From NCBI RefSeq assembly GCF_006345805.1, contig NC_043000.1:7440001-7504000 (forward strand): a stretch of DNA of 64,000 nt. The letters are read 5' to 3'. Position 1 is the stretch's first letter; every line of letters begins with the position of its first letter. A model generated the notes under the pieces. The model ran no database searches and was not told where the DNA came from. It saw only the letters and a program-made list of their open reading frames with translations. A program made the translations under genes and the position numbers. Origin of the DNA: Octopus sinensis. Lineage: Eukaryota. This document shows, piece after piece, positions 1 to 12,500 of this stretch.

Positions 1-49
1 CTTGATTCACCAGAAGCTAATCTATTGCTCATTAAAATACTGAATCGAA

Positions 50-262
50 TACTGGTTTCACATTTTGGTACAAGGCCAGCAATTTCAGGAGAGGAGCTAA
101 GTTGATTACATCAACCCCAGTACTCAAGTAGTACTTATTTCATCGGCTCCTAAAAAATGAAAGGCAAAGTCAACCTTGGCAGAATTTGAACTCAAAATGA
201 AAAAAATAGAGAAAATACCACAAAGCATTTCGTCTGGTATATGAATGATTCTGTCAGCTTGA
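50..262 (-). mobile_element. Degraded tRNA-derived SINE (family A variant)
   Basis: Reverse complement matches the family A core (gaggtcgactttgcctttcat...aagtaccag) seen intact at 32381 and 42359. Confidence 0.75.
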
Positions 263-569
263 ATTAAATACGGATTCTGTATTCAAGAACATTGGAGTTA
301 ATACTTAGTATTTAGCTTCATCCCACTGCATTTTGAGTTCAAGTCCTGCCAATGATGGCTATGCATCTCAGCCTCTGTTGTTAGATGAATTCCAAGTATT
401 ATTTTCTTGTGTTAATACAAGAAATGATACTCTTTCATATAAATTTCTTTCAAAGTTAGGAATCAATATTGTTGTCTCGCTAAGGCAAAAATCAATCGTT
501 AAAGGAAATGGATATAGTAAAGGTAATCAATTTTACGATATTAATGATTATTAGTTTATTGATCTTAAT

Positions 570-3500
570 GCTGGTGCCATGTAAAAAGCATGTGTGCCAG
601 TGCTATGTAAGAAGTGCTTGCTTTGGTTCTATGTAGAAAAACAATTGTTTGGGGCCAAGTAAAGAGCATTTGTGCCAGTGTTATGTAAGAAGTGCTTGCT
701 TTGGTTCTATGTAGAAAAACAATTGTTTGGGGCCAAGTCAAAAGCATGTGTGCCAGTGCTATGTAAAAGTGCTTGCTTTGGTTCTATGTAGAAAAACAAT
801 TGTTTGGGGCCAAGTAAAGAGCATTTGTGCCAGTGTTATGTAAGAAGTGCTTGCTTTGGTTCTATGTAGAAAAACAATTGTTTGGGGCCAAGTAAAGAGC
901 ATTTGTGCCAGTGCTATGTAAGAAGTGCTAGCTTTGGTTCTATGTAGAAAAACAATTGTTTGGGGCCAAGTAAAAAGCATGTGTGCCAGTGTTATGTAAG
1001 AAGTGCTTGCTTTGGTTCTATGTAGAAAAACAATTGTTTGGGGCCAAGTAAAGAGCATTTGTGCCAGTGTTATGTAAGAAGTGCTTGCTTTGGTTCTATG
1101 TAGAAAAACAATTGTTTGGGGCCAAGTAAAGAGCATTTGTGCCAGTGTTATGTAAGAAGTGCTTGCTTTGGTTCTATGTAGAAAAACAATTGTTTGGGGC
1201 CAAGTAAAGAGCATTTGTGCCAGTGCTATGTAAGAAGTGCTAGCTTTGGTTCTATGTAGAAAAACAATTGTTTGGGGCCAAGTAAAAAGCATGTGTGCCA
1301 GTGTTATGTAAGAAGTGCTTGCTTTGGTTCTATGTAGAAAAACAATTGTTTGGGGCCAAGTAAAGAGCATTTGTGCCAGTGTTATGTAAGAAGTGCTTGC
1401 TTTGGTTCTATGTAGAAAAACAATTGTTTGGGGCCAAGTCAAAAGCATGTGTGCCAGTGCTATGTAAAAAGTGCTTGCTTTGGTTCTATGTAGAAAAACA
1501 ATTGTTTGGGGCCAAGTAAAGAGCATTTGTGCCAGTGCTATGTAAGAAGTGCTAGCTTTGGTTCTATGTAGAAAAACAATTGTTTGGGGCCAAGTAAAAA
1601 GCATGTGTGCCAGTGTTATGTAAGAAGTGCTTGCTTTGGTTCTATGTAGAAAAACAATTGTTTGGGGCCAAGAAAAAAGCATTTGTGCCAGTGCTATGTA
1701 AGAAGTGCTAGCATTGGTTCCATGAAGAAAAACACTTGTTTGGGGCCAAGTAAAAAGCATGTGTGCCAGTGCTATGTAAAAAGTGCTTGCTTTGGTACCA
1801 TGAAGAAAAACACTTGTTTGGGGCCAAGTAAAAAGCATGTGTGCCAGTGCTATGTAAGAAGAGCTTGCTTTGGTTCTATGTAGAAAAACAATTGTTTGGG
1901 GCCAAGTATAAAGCATTTGTGCCAGTGCTATGTAAGAAGTGCTTGCATTGGTTCCATGAAGAAAAACACTTGTTTGGGGCCAAGTATAAAGCATGTGTGC
2001 CTGTGCTACGTAAAAAGTGTTTGCTTTGGTTCCATGAAGAAAAACACTTGTTTGGTACCAAGGATAAAGCATGTGTGCCAGTGCTATGTAAAAAGTGCTT
2101 GCATTGGTTCCATGAAGAAAAACACTTGTTTGCGGCCAAGGATAAAGCATGTGTGCCAGTGCTATGTAAGAAGTGCTTGCATTGGTTCCATGAAGAAAAA
2201 CACTTGTTTGGGGCCAAGAAAAATGCATGTGTGCCAGTGCTATGTAAGAAGAGCTTGCTTTGGTTCTATGTAGAAAAACAATTGTTTGGGGCCAAGAAAA
2301 AAGCATGTGTGCCAGTGCTATGTAAGAAGTGCTTGCATTGGTTCTATCTAGAAAAACAAATGTTTGGGGCCAAGAAAAAAGCATTTGTGCCAGTGCTATG
2401 TAAGAAGTGCTTGCATTGGTTCCATGAAGAAAAACACTTGTTTGGGGCCAAGTAAAAAGCATGTGTGCCAGTGCTATGTAAGAAGTGCTAGCATTGGTTC
2501 CATGAAGAAAAACACTTGTTTGGGGCCAAGTAAAAAGCATGTGTGCCAGAGCTATGTAAAAAGTGCTTGCTTTGACACCATGAAGAAAAACACTTGTTTC
2601 GGGCCAAGTAAAAAGCATGTGTGCCTGTGCTACGTAAAAAGTGTTTGCTTTGGTTCCATGAAGAAAAACACTTGTTTGGGGCCAAGGATAAAGCATGTGT
2701 GCCACTGCTATGTAAGAAGAGCTTGCTTTAGTTCTATGTAGAAAAACAATTGTTTGGGGCCAAGAAAAAAGCATGTGTGCCACTGCTATGTAAGAAGTGC
2801 TTGCTTTGGTTCTATGTAGAAAAACAATTGTTTGGGGCCAAGAAAAAAGCATTTGTGCCAGTGCTATGTAAGAAGTGCTAGCATTGGTTCCATGAAGAAA
2901 AACACTTGTTTGGGGCCAAGAAAAAGCATTTGTGCCAGTGCTATGTAAGAAGTGCTTGCATTGGTTCCATGAAGAAAAACACTTGTTTGGGGCCAAGTAT
3001 AAAGCATGTGTGCCAGTGCTACGTAAAAAGCGCTTGCATTGGTTCCATGAAGAAAAACACTTGTTTGGGGCCAAGTATAAAGCATGTGTGCCAGTGCTAT
3101 GTAAGAAGTGCTTGCATTGGTTCTATGTAGAAAAACAATTGTTTGGGGCCAAGAAAAAAGCATTTGTGACAGTGCTATGTAAGAAGTGCTTGCATTGGTT
3201 CTATGTAGAAAAACAATTGTTTGGGGCCAAGAAAAAGCATTTGTGCCAGTGCTATGTAAGAAGTGCTTGCATTGGTTCTATGAAGAAAAACACTTGTTTG
3301 GGGCCAAGTATAGAGCATGTGTGCCAGTGCTATGTAAAAGTGCTTGCTTTGGTTCTATGTAGAAAAACAATTGTTTGGGGCCAAGAAAAAAGCATTTGTG
3401 CCAGTGCTATGTAAGAAGTGCTTGCATTGGTTCTATGTAGAAAAACAAATGCTTGGGGCCAAGAAAAAAGCATTTGTGCCAGTGCTATGTAAGAAGTGCT

Positions 3501-6500
3501 TGCGTTGGTTCTATGTAGAAAAACAAATGTTTGGGGCCAAGAAAAAAGCATTTGTGCCAGTGCTATGTAAGAAGTGCTTGCTTTGGTTCTATGTAGAAAA
3601 ACAATTGTTTGGGGCCAAAAAAAAAGCATTTCTGCCAGTGCTATGTAAGAAGTGCTTGCTTTGGTTCTATGTAGAAAAACAATTGTTTGGGGCCAAGAAA
3701 AAAGCATGTGTGCCAGTGCTCTGTAAGAAGAGCTTGCTTTGGTTCTATGTAGAAAAACAATTGTTTGGGGCCAAGTAAAAAGCATGTGTGCCAGTGCTAT
3801 GTAAGAAGTGCTTGCTTTGGTTCCATGAAGAAAAACACTTGTTTGGGGCCAAGTATAAAGCATGTGTGCCAGTGCTACGTAAAAAGTGTTTGCTTTGGTC
3901 CCATGAAGAAAAACACTTGTTTGGGGCCAAGGATAAAGCATGTGTGCCAGTGCTATGTAAAAAGTGCTTGCTTTGGTTCCATGAAGAAAAACACTTGTTT
4001 GGGGCCAAGTATAAAGCATGTGTGCCAGTGCGATGTAAAAAGCACTTGCTTTGGTTCCATGAAGAAAAACACTTGTTTGGGGCCAAGTAAAAAGCATGTG
4101 TGCCAGTGCTATGTAAAAAGTGCTAGCTTTGGTTCCATGAAGAAAAACACTTGTTTGGGGCCAAGTATAAAGCATGTGTGCCAGTGCTATGTAAAAAGTG
4201 TTTGCTTTGGTTCCATGAAGAAAAACACTTGTTTGGGGCCAAGGGTAAAGCATGTGTGCCAGTGCTACGTAAAAAGTGCTTGCATTGGTACCATGAAGAA
4301 AAACACTTGTTTGGGGCCAAGTAAAAAGCATGTATGCCAGTGCTATGTAAAAAGTGCTTGCTTTGGTTCCATGAAGAAAAACGCTTGTTTGGGGCCAAGT
4401 ATAAAGCATGTGTGCCAGTGCTATGTAAAATGCGCTTGCTTTGGTTCCATGAAGAAAAACACTTGTTTGGGGCCAAGGATAAAGCATGTGTGCCAGTGCT
4501 ATGTAAAAAGTGCTTGCATTGGTTCCATGAAGAAAAACACTTGTTTGGGGCCAAGGATAAAGCATGTGTGCCACTGCTATGTAAGAAGAGCTTGCTTTGG
4601 TTCTATGTAGAAAAACAATTGTTTGGGGCCAAGAAAAAAGCATGTGTGCCAGTGCTATGTAAGAAGTGCTTGCATTGGTTCTATCTAGAAAAACAAATGT
4701 TTGGGGCCAAGAAAAAAGCATTTGTGCCAGTGCTATGTAAGAAGTGCTTGCATTGGTTCCATGAAGAAAAACAATTGTTTGGGACCAAGTAAAAAGCATG
4801 TGTGCCGGTGCCATGTAAGAAGTGCTTGCTTTGGTTCTATGTAGAAAAACAATTGTTTGGGGCCAAGAAAAAAGCATTTGTGCCAGTGCTATGTAAGAAG
4901 TGCTAGCATTGGTTCCATGAAGAAAAACACTTGTTTGGGGACAAGTAAAAAGCATGTGTGCCAGTGCTATGTAAGAAGTGCTAGCATTGGTTCCATGAAG
5001 AAAAACACTTGTTTGGGGCCAAGTAAAAAGCATGTGTGCCAGAGCTATGTAAAAAGTGCTTGCTTTGACACCATGAAGAAAAACACTTGTTTGGGGCCAA
5101 GTAAAAAGCATGTGTGCCAGTGCTATGTAAGAAGAGCTTGCTTTGGTTCTATGTAGAAAAACAATTGTTTGGGGCCAAGAAAAAAGCATTTGTGCCAGTG
5201 CTATGTAAGAAGTGCTTGCATTGGTTCCATGAAGAAAAACACTTGTTTGGGGCCAAGTATAAAGCATGTGTGCCTGTGCTACGTAAAAAGTGTTTGCTTT
5301 GGTTCCATGAAGAAAAACACTTGTTTGGGGCCAAGGATAAAGCATGTGTGCCACTGCTATGTAAGAAGAGCTTGCTTTGGTTCTATGTAGAAAAACAATT
5401 GTTTGGGGCCAAGAAAAAAGCATGTGTGCCACTGCTATGTAAGAAGTGCTTGCTTTGGTTCTATGTAGAAAAACAATTGTTTGGGGCCAAGAAAAAAGCA
5501 TTTGTGCCAGTGCTATGTAAGAAGTGCTAGCATTGGTTCCATGAAGAAAAACACTTGTTTGGGGCCAAGAAAAAAGCATTTGTGCCAGTGCTATGTAAGA
5601 AGTGCTTGCATTGGTTCCATGAAGAAAAACACTTGTTTGGGGCCAAGTATAAAGCATGTGTGCCAGTGCTACGTAAAAAGGGCTTGCATTGGTTCCATGA
5701 AGAAAAACACTTGTTTGGGGCCAAGTATAAAGCATGTGTGCCAGTGCTATGTAAGAAGTGCTTGCATTGGTTCTATGTAGAAAAACAATTGTTTGGGGCC
5801 AAGAAAAAAGCATTTGTGCCAGTGCTATGTAAGAAGTGCTTGCATTGGTTCTATGTAGAAAAACAATTGTTTGGGGCCAAGAAAAAAGCATTTGTGCCAG
5901 TGCTATGTAAGAAGTGCTTGCATTGGTTCTATGAAGAAAAACACTTGTTTGGGGCCAAGTATAGAGCATGTGTGCCAGTGCTATGTAAGAAGTGCTTGCT
6001 TTGGTTCTATGTAGAAAAACAATTGTTTGGGGCCAAGAAAAAAGCATTTGTGCCAGTGCTATGTAAGAAGTGCTTGCATTGGTTCTATGTAGAAAAACAA
6101 ATGTTTGGGGCCAAGAAAAAAGCATTTGTGCCAGTGCTATGTAAGAAGTGCTTGCTTTGGTTCTATGTAGAAAAACAAATGTTTGGGACCAAGAAAAAAG
6201 CATTTGTGCCAGTGCTATGTAAGAAGTGCTTGCTTTGGTTCTATGTAGAAAAACATTGTTTGGGGCCAAAAAAAAAGCATTTCTGCCAGTGCTATGTAAA
6301 AGTGCTTGCTTTGGTTCTATGTAGAAAAACAATTGTTTGGGGCCAAGAAAAAAGCATGTGTGCCAGTGCTCTGTAAAAGAGCTTGCTTTGGTTCCATGAA
6401 GAAAAACACTTGTTTGGGGCCAAGTAAAAAGCATGTGTGCCAGTGCTATGTAAAAGTGCTTGCTTTGGTTCCATGAAGAAAAACACTTGTTTGGGGCCAA

Positions 6501-9500
6501 GTATAAAGCATGTGTGCCAGTGCTATGTAAAAAGTGCTTGCTTTGGTTCCATGAAGAAAAACACTTGTTTGGGGCCAAGTATAAAGCATGTGTGCCAGTG
6601 CGATGTAAAAAGCACTTGCTTTGGTTCCATGAAGAAAAACACTTGTTTGGGGCCAAGTAAAAAGCATGTGTGCCAGTGCTATGTAAAAAGTGCTTGCTTT
6701 GGTTCCATGAAGAAAAACACTTGTTTGGGCCAAGTATAAAGCATGTGTGCCAGTGCTATGTAAAAAGTGTTTGCTTTGGTTCCATGAAGAAAAACACTTG
6801 TTTGGGGCCAAGGGTAAAGCATGTGTGCCAGTGCTATGTAAAAAGTGCTTGCTTTGGTTCCATGAAGAAAAACACTTGTTTGGGGCCAAGTATAAAGCAT
6901 GTGTGCCAGTGCGATGTAAAAAGCGCTTGCTTTGGTTCCATGAAGAAAAACACTTGTTTGGTGCCAAGTAAAAAGCATGTGTGCCAGTGCTATGTAAAAT
7001 GCGCTTGCTTTGGTTCCATGAAGAAAAACACTTGTTTGGGGCCAAGTAAAAAGCATGTGTGCCAGTGCTATGTAAAAAGTGCTTGCATTGGTTCCATGAA
7101 GAAAAACACTTGTTTGGGGCCAAGTATAAAGCATGTGTGCCAGTGCTACGTAAAAAGTGCTTGCTTTGGTACCATGAAGAAAAACACTTGTTTGGGGCCA
7201 AGTAAAAAGCATGTATGCCAGTGCTATGTAAAAAGTGCTTGCTTTGGTTCCATGAAGAAAAACGCTTGTTTGGGGCCAAGTATAAAGCATGTGTGCCAGT
7301 GCTATGTAAAAAGTGTTTGCTTTGGTTCCATGAAGAAAAACACTTGTTTGGGGCCAAGTAAAAAGCATGTGTGCCAGTGCTACGTAAAAAGTGTTTGCTT
7401 TGGTTCCATGAAGAAAAATACTTGTTTGGGGCCAAGTATAAAGCATGTGTGCCAGTGCTATGTAAAAAGCACTTGCTTTGGTTCCATGAAGAAAAACACT
7501 TGTTTGGGGTCAAGTATAAAGCATGTGTGCCAGTGCTATGTAAAAAGTGCTTGCATTGGTACCATGAAGAAAAACACTTGTTTGGGGCCAAGTATAAAGC
7601 ATGTGTGCCAGTGCTATGTAAAAAGCACTTGCTTTGGTTCCATGAAGAAAAACACTTGTTTGGGGCCAAGTATAAAGCATGTGTGCCAGTGCTATGTAAA
7701 AAGCACTTGCTTTGGTTCCATGAAGAAAAACACTTGTTTGGGGCCAAGTATAAAGCATGTGTGCCAGTGCTATGTAAAAAGCGCTTGCTTTGGTTCCATG
7801 AAGAAAAACACTTGTTTGGGGCCAAGTATAAAGCATGTGTGCCAGTGCTATGTAAAAAGCGCTTGCTTTGGTTCCATGAAGAAAAACACTTGTTTGGGGC
7901 CAAGTATAAAGCATGTGTGCCAGTGCTATGTAAAAAGCGCTTGCTTTGGTTCCATGAAGAAAAACACTTGTTTGGGGCCAAGTATAAAGCATGTGTGCCA
8001 GTGCTATGTAAAAGGTTCTTGCTTTGGTTCCATGAAGAAAAACACTTGTTTGGGGCCAAGTATAAAGCATGTGTGCCAGTGCTATGTAAAAAGCGCTTGC
8101 TTTGGTTCCATGAAGAAAAACACTTGTTTGGGGCCAAGTATAAAGCATGTGTGCCAGTGCTATGTAAAAAGTGCTTGCTTTGGTTCCATGAAGAAAAACA
8201 CTTGTTTGGGGCCAAGTATAAAGCATGTGTGCCAGTGCTACGTAAAAAGTGTTTGCTTTGGTTCCATGAAGAAAAACACTTGTTTGGGGCCAAGTAAAAA
8301 GCATGTGTGCCAGTGCTATGTAAAAAGTGCTTGCTTTGGTTCCATGAAGAAAAACACTTGTTTGGGGCCAAGTATAAAGCATGTGTGCCAGTGCTATGTA
8401 AAAAGCGCTTGCTTTGGTTCCATGAAGAAAAACACTTGTTTGGGGCCAAGTATAAAGCATGTGTGCCAGTGCTACGTAAAAAGTGTTTGCTTTGGTTCCA
8501 TGAAGAAAAACACTTGTTTGGGGCCAAGTATAAAGCATGTGTGCCAGTGCTATGTAAAATGCGCTTGCTTTGGTTCCATGAAGAAAAACACTTGTTTGGG
8601 GCCAAGTAAAAAGCATGTGTGCCAGTGCTATGTAAAAAGTGCTTGCATTGGTACCATGAAGAAAAACACTTGCTTGGGGCCAAGTATAAAGCATGTGTGC
8701 CAGTGCTACGTAAAAAGTGTCTGCTTTGGTTCCATGAAGAAAAACACTTGTTTGGGGCCAAGGATAAAGCATGCGTGCCAGTGCTATGTCAAAAGTGCTT
8801 GCTTTGGTTCCATGAAGACAAACACTTGTTTGGGGCCAAGGATAAAGCATGTGTGCCAGTGCTATGTAAAAAGTGCTTGCTTTGGTTCCATGAAGAAAAA
8901 CACTTGTTTGGGGCCAAGTATAAAGCATGTGTGCCAGTGCTATGTAAAATGCGCTTGCTTTGGTTCCATGAAGAAAAACACTTGTTTGGGGCCAAGTAAA
9001 AAGCATGTGTCCCATGCTATGTAAAAAGTGCTTGCTTTGGTTCCATGAAGAAAAACACTTGTTTGGGGTCAAGTATAAAGCATGTGTGCCAGTGCGATGT
9101 AAAAAGCGCTTGCTTTGGTTCCATGAAGAAAAACACTTGTTTGCGGCCAAGTAAAAAGCATGTGTGCCAGTGCTATGTAAGAAGTGCTTGCTTTGGTTCC
9201 ATGAAGAAAAACAATTGTTTGGGGCCAAGTAAAAAGCATGTGTGCCAGTGCTATGTAAAAAGTGCTTGCTTTGGTTCCATGAAGAAAAACACTTGTTTGG
9301 GGCCAAGGGTAAAGCATGTGTGCCAGTGCTATGTAAAATGCGCTTGCTTTGGTTCCATGAAGAAAAACACTTGTTTGGGGCCAAGGATAAAGTATGTGTG
9401 CCAGTGCTATGTAAAAAGCGCTTGCTTTGGTTCCATGAAGAAAAACACTTGTTTGGGGCCAAGTATAAAGCATGTGTGCCAGTGCTACGTAAGAAGAGCT

Positions 9501-12500
9501 TGCTTTGGTTCTATGTAGAAAAACACTTGTTTGGGGCCAAGTAAAAAGCATGTGTGCCAGTGCTATGTAAAAAGCGCTTGCTTTGGTTCCATGAAGAAAA
9601 ACACTTGTTTGGGGCCAAGTATAAAGCATGTGTGCCAGTGCTACGTAAGAAGAGCTTGCTTTGGTTCTATGTAGAAAAACAATTGTTTGGGGCCAAGTAA
9701 AAAGCATGTGTGCCAGTGCTATGTAAAAAGTGCTTGCTTTGGTTCCATGAAGAAAAACACTTGTTTGGGGCCAAGTATAAAGCATGTGTGCCAGTGCTAC
9801 GTAAAAAGTGCTTGCTTTGGTTCCATGAAGAAAAACACTTGTTTGGGGCCAAGTATAAAGCATGTGTGCCAGTGCTATGTAAAAAGTGCTTGCTTTGGTT
9901 CCATGAAGAAAAACACTTGTTTGGGGCCAAGTATAAAGCATGTGTGCCAGTGCTATGTAAAAAGTGCTTGCTTTGGTTCCATGAAGAAAAAAAACTTGTT
10001 TGGGGCCAAGTAAAAAGCATGTGTGCCAGTGCTATGTAAGAGGTACTTGCTTTGTTTCTACGTAGAAAAACAATTGTTTGGGGCCAAGTAAAAAGCATGT
10101 GTGCCAGTGCTATGTAAGAAGAGCTTGCTTTGGTTCTATGTACAAAAACAATTGTTTGGGGACAAGTAAAAAGCATGTGTGCCAGTGCTATGTAAGAAGA
10201 GCTTGCTTTGGTTCTATGTACAAAAACAATTGTTTGGGGAGAAGTAAAAAGCATGTGTGCCAGTGCTATGTAAGAAGAGCTTGCTTTGGTTCTATGTACA
10301 AAAACAATTGTTTGGGGACAAGTAAAAAGCATGTGTGCCAGTGCTATTTAAGAAGAGCTTGCTTTGGTTCTATGTACAAAAACAATTGTTTGGGGCCAAG
10401 TAAAAAGCATGTGTGCCAGTGCTATGTAAGAAGAGCTTGCTTTGGTTCTATGTAGAAAAACAATTGTTTGGGGCCAAGTAAAAAGCATTTGTGCCAGTGC
10501 TATGTAAGAAGTGCTTGCTTTGGTTCCATGAAGAAAAACACTTGTTTGGGGCCAAGTATAAAGCATGTGTGCCAGTGCTATGTAAAAAGTGCTTGCTTTG
10601 GTTCTATGTAGAAAAACAATTGTTTGGGGACAAGAAAAAAGCATGTGTGCCAGTGCTACGTAAGAAGTGCTTGCTTTGGTTCCATGAAGAAAAACACTTG
10701 TTTGGGGCCAAGTATAAAGCATGTGTGCCAGTGCTATGTAAAAAGTGCTTGCTTTGGTTCTATGTAGAAAAACAATTGTTTGGGGACAAGAAAAAAGCAT
10801 GTGTGCCAGTGCTACGTAAGAAGTGCTTGCTTTAGTTCCATGAAGAAAAACACTTGTTTGGGGCCAAGTAAAAAGCATGTGTGCCAGTGCTACGTAAGAA
10901 GTGCTTGCTTTGGTTCCATGAAGAAAAACACTTGTTTGGGGCCAAGTAAAAAGCATGTGTGCCAGTGCTATGTAAGAAGTGCTAGCATTGGTTCCATGAA
11001 GAAAAACACTTGTTTGGGGCCAAGTAAAAAGCATGTGTGCCAGTGCTATGTAAAAAGTGCTTGCTTTGGTACCATGAAGAAAAACACTTGTTTGGGGCCA
11101 AGTAAAAATCATGTGTGCCAGTGCTATGTAAGAAGAGCTTGCTTTGGTTCTATGTAGAAAAACAATTGTTTGGGGACAAGAAAAATGCATGTGTGCCAGT
11201 GCTATGTAAGAAGTGCTTGCTTTGGTTCTATGTAGAAAAACAATTGTTTGGGGCCAAGTATAAAGCATGTGTGCCAGTGCTATGTAAAAGTGCTTGCTTT
11301 GGTTCTATGTAGAAAAACAATTGTTTGGGGCCAAGGATAAAGCATGTGTGCCAGTGCTATGTAAGAAGTGCTTGCATTGGTTCTATGAAGAAAAACACTT
11401 GTTTGGGGCCAAGTATAAAGCATGTGTGCCAGTGCTATGTAAGAAGTGCTTGCATTGGTTCCATGAAGAAAAACACTTGTTTGGGGCCAAGTATAAAGCA
11501 TGTGTGCCAGTGCTATGTAAGAAGTGCTCGCTTTGGTTCTATGTAGAAAAACAATTGTTTGGGGACAAGAAAAAAGCATGTGTGCCAGTGCTATGTAAGA
11601 AGTGCTTGCTTTGGTTCTATGTAGAAAAACAATTGTTTGGGGCCAAGTATAAAGCATGTGTGCCAGTGCTACGTAAGAAGTGCTTGCTTTGGTTCTATGT
11701 AGAAAAACAATTGTTTGGGGACAAGAAAAATGCATGTGTGCCAGTGCTATGTAAGAAGTGCTTGCTTTGGTTCTATGTAGAAAAACAATTGTTTGGGGCC
11801 AAGTATAAAGCATGTGTGCCAGTGCTATGTAAGAAGTGCTTGCTTTGGTTCTATGTAGAAAAACAATTGTTTGGGGCCAAGGATAAAGCATGTGTGCCAG
11901 TGCTATGTAAGAAGTGCTTGCATTGGTTCCATGAAGAAAAACACTTGTTTGGGGCCAAGTATAAAGCATGTGTGCCAGTGCTATGTAAGAAGTGCTTGCA
12001 TTGGTTCCATGAAGAAAAACACTTGTTTGGGGCCAAGTATAAAGCATGTGTGCCAGTGCTATGTAAGAAGTGCTCGCTTTGGTTCTATGTAGAAAAACAA
12101 CTGTTTGGGGCCAAGTATAAAGCATGTGTGCCAGTGCTACGTAAGAAGTGCTTGCTTTGGTTCTATGTAGAAAAACAATTGTTTGGGGACAAGAAAAAAG
12201 CATGTGTGCCAGTGCTATGTAAGAAGTGCTTGCTTTGGTTCTATGTAGAAAAACAATTGTTTGGGGCCAAGGATAAAGCATGTGTGCCAGTGCTATGTAA
12301 AAAGTGCTTGCTTCGGTACCATGAAGAAAAACACTTGTTTGGGGACAAGAAAAAAGCATGTGTGCCAGTACTATGTAAAAAGTGCTTGCTTTGGTACCAT
12401 GAAGAAAAACACTTGTTTGGGGCCAAGTATAAAGCATGTGTGCCAGTGCTATGTAAGAAGTGCTTGCATTGGTTCCATGAAGAAAAACACTTGTTTGGGG

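Noticed and set aside
7371-8297. Cys/His peptide ACVPVLCKKCLLWFHEEKH resembling a piggyBac C-terminal or zinc-finger motif
   Set aside because: This frame is repeatedly closed by the common aagTAA variant, and the DNA derives from a non-coding 3'UTR repeat, so the resemblance is most likely chance.
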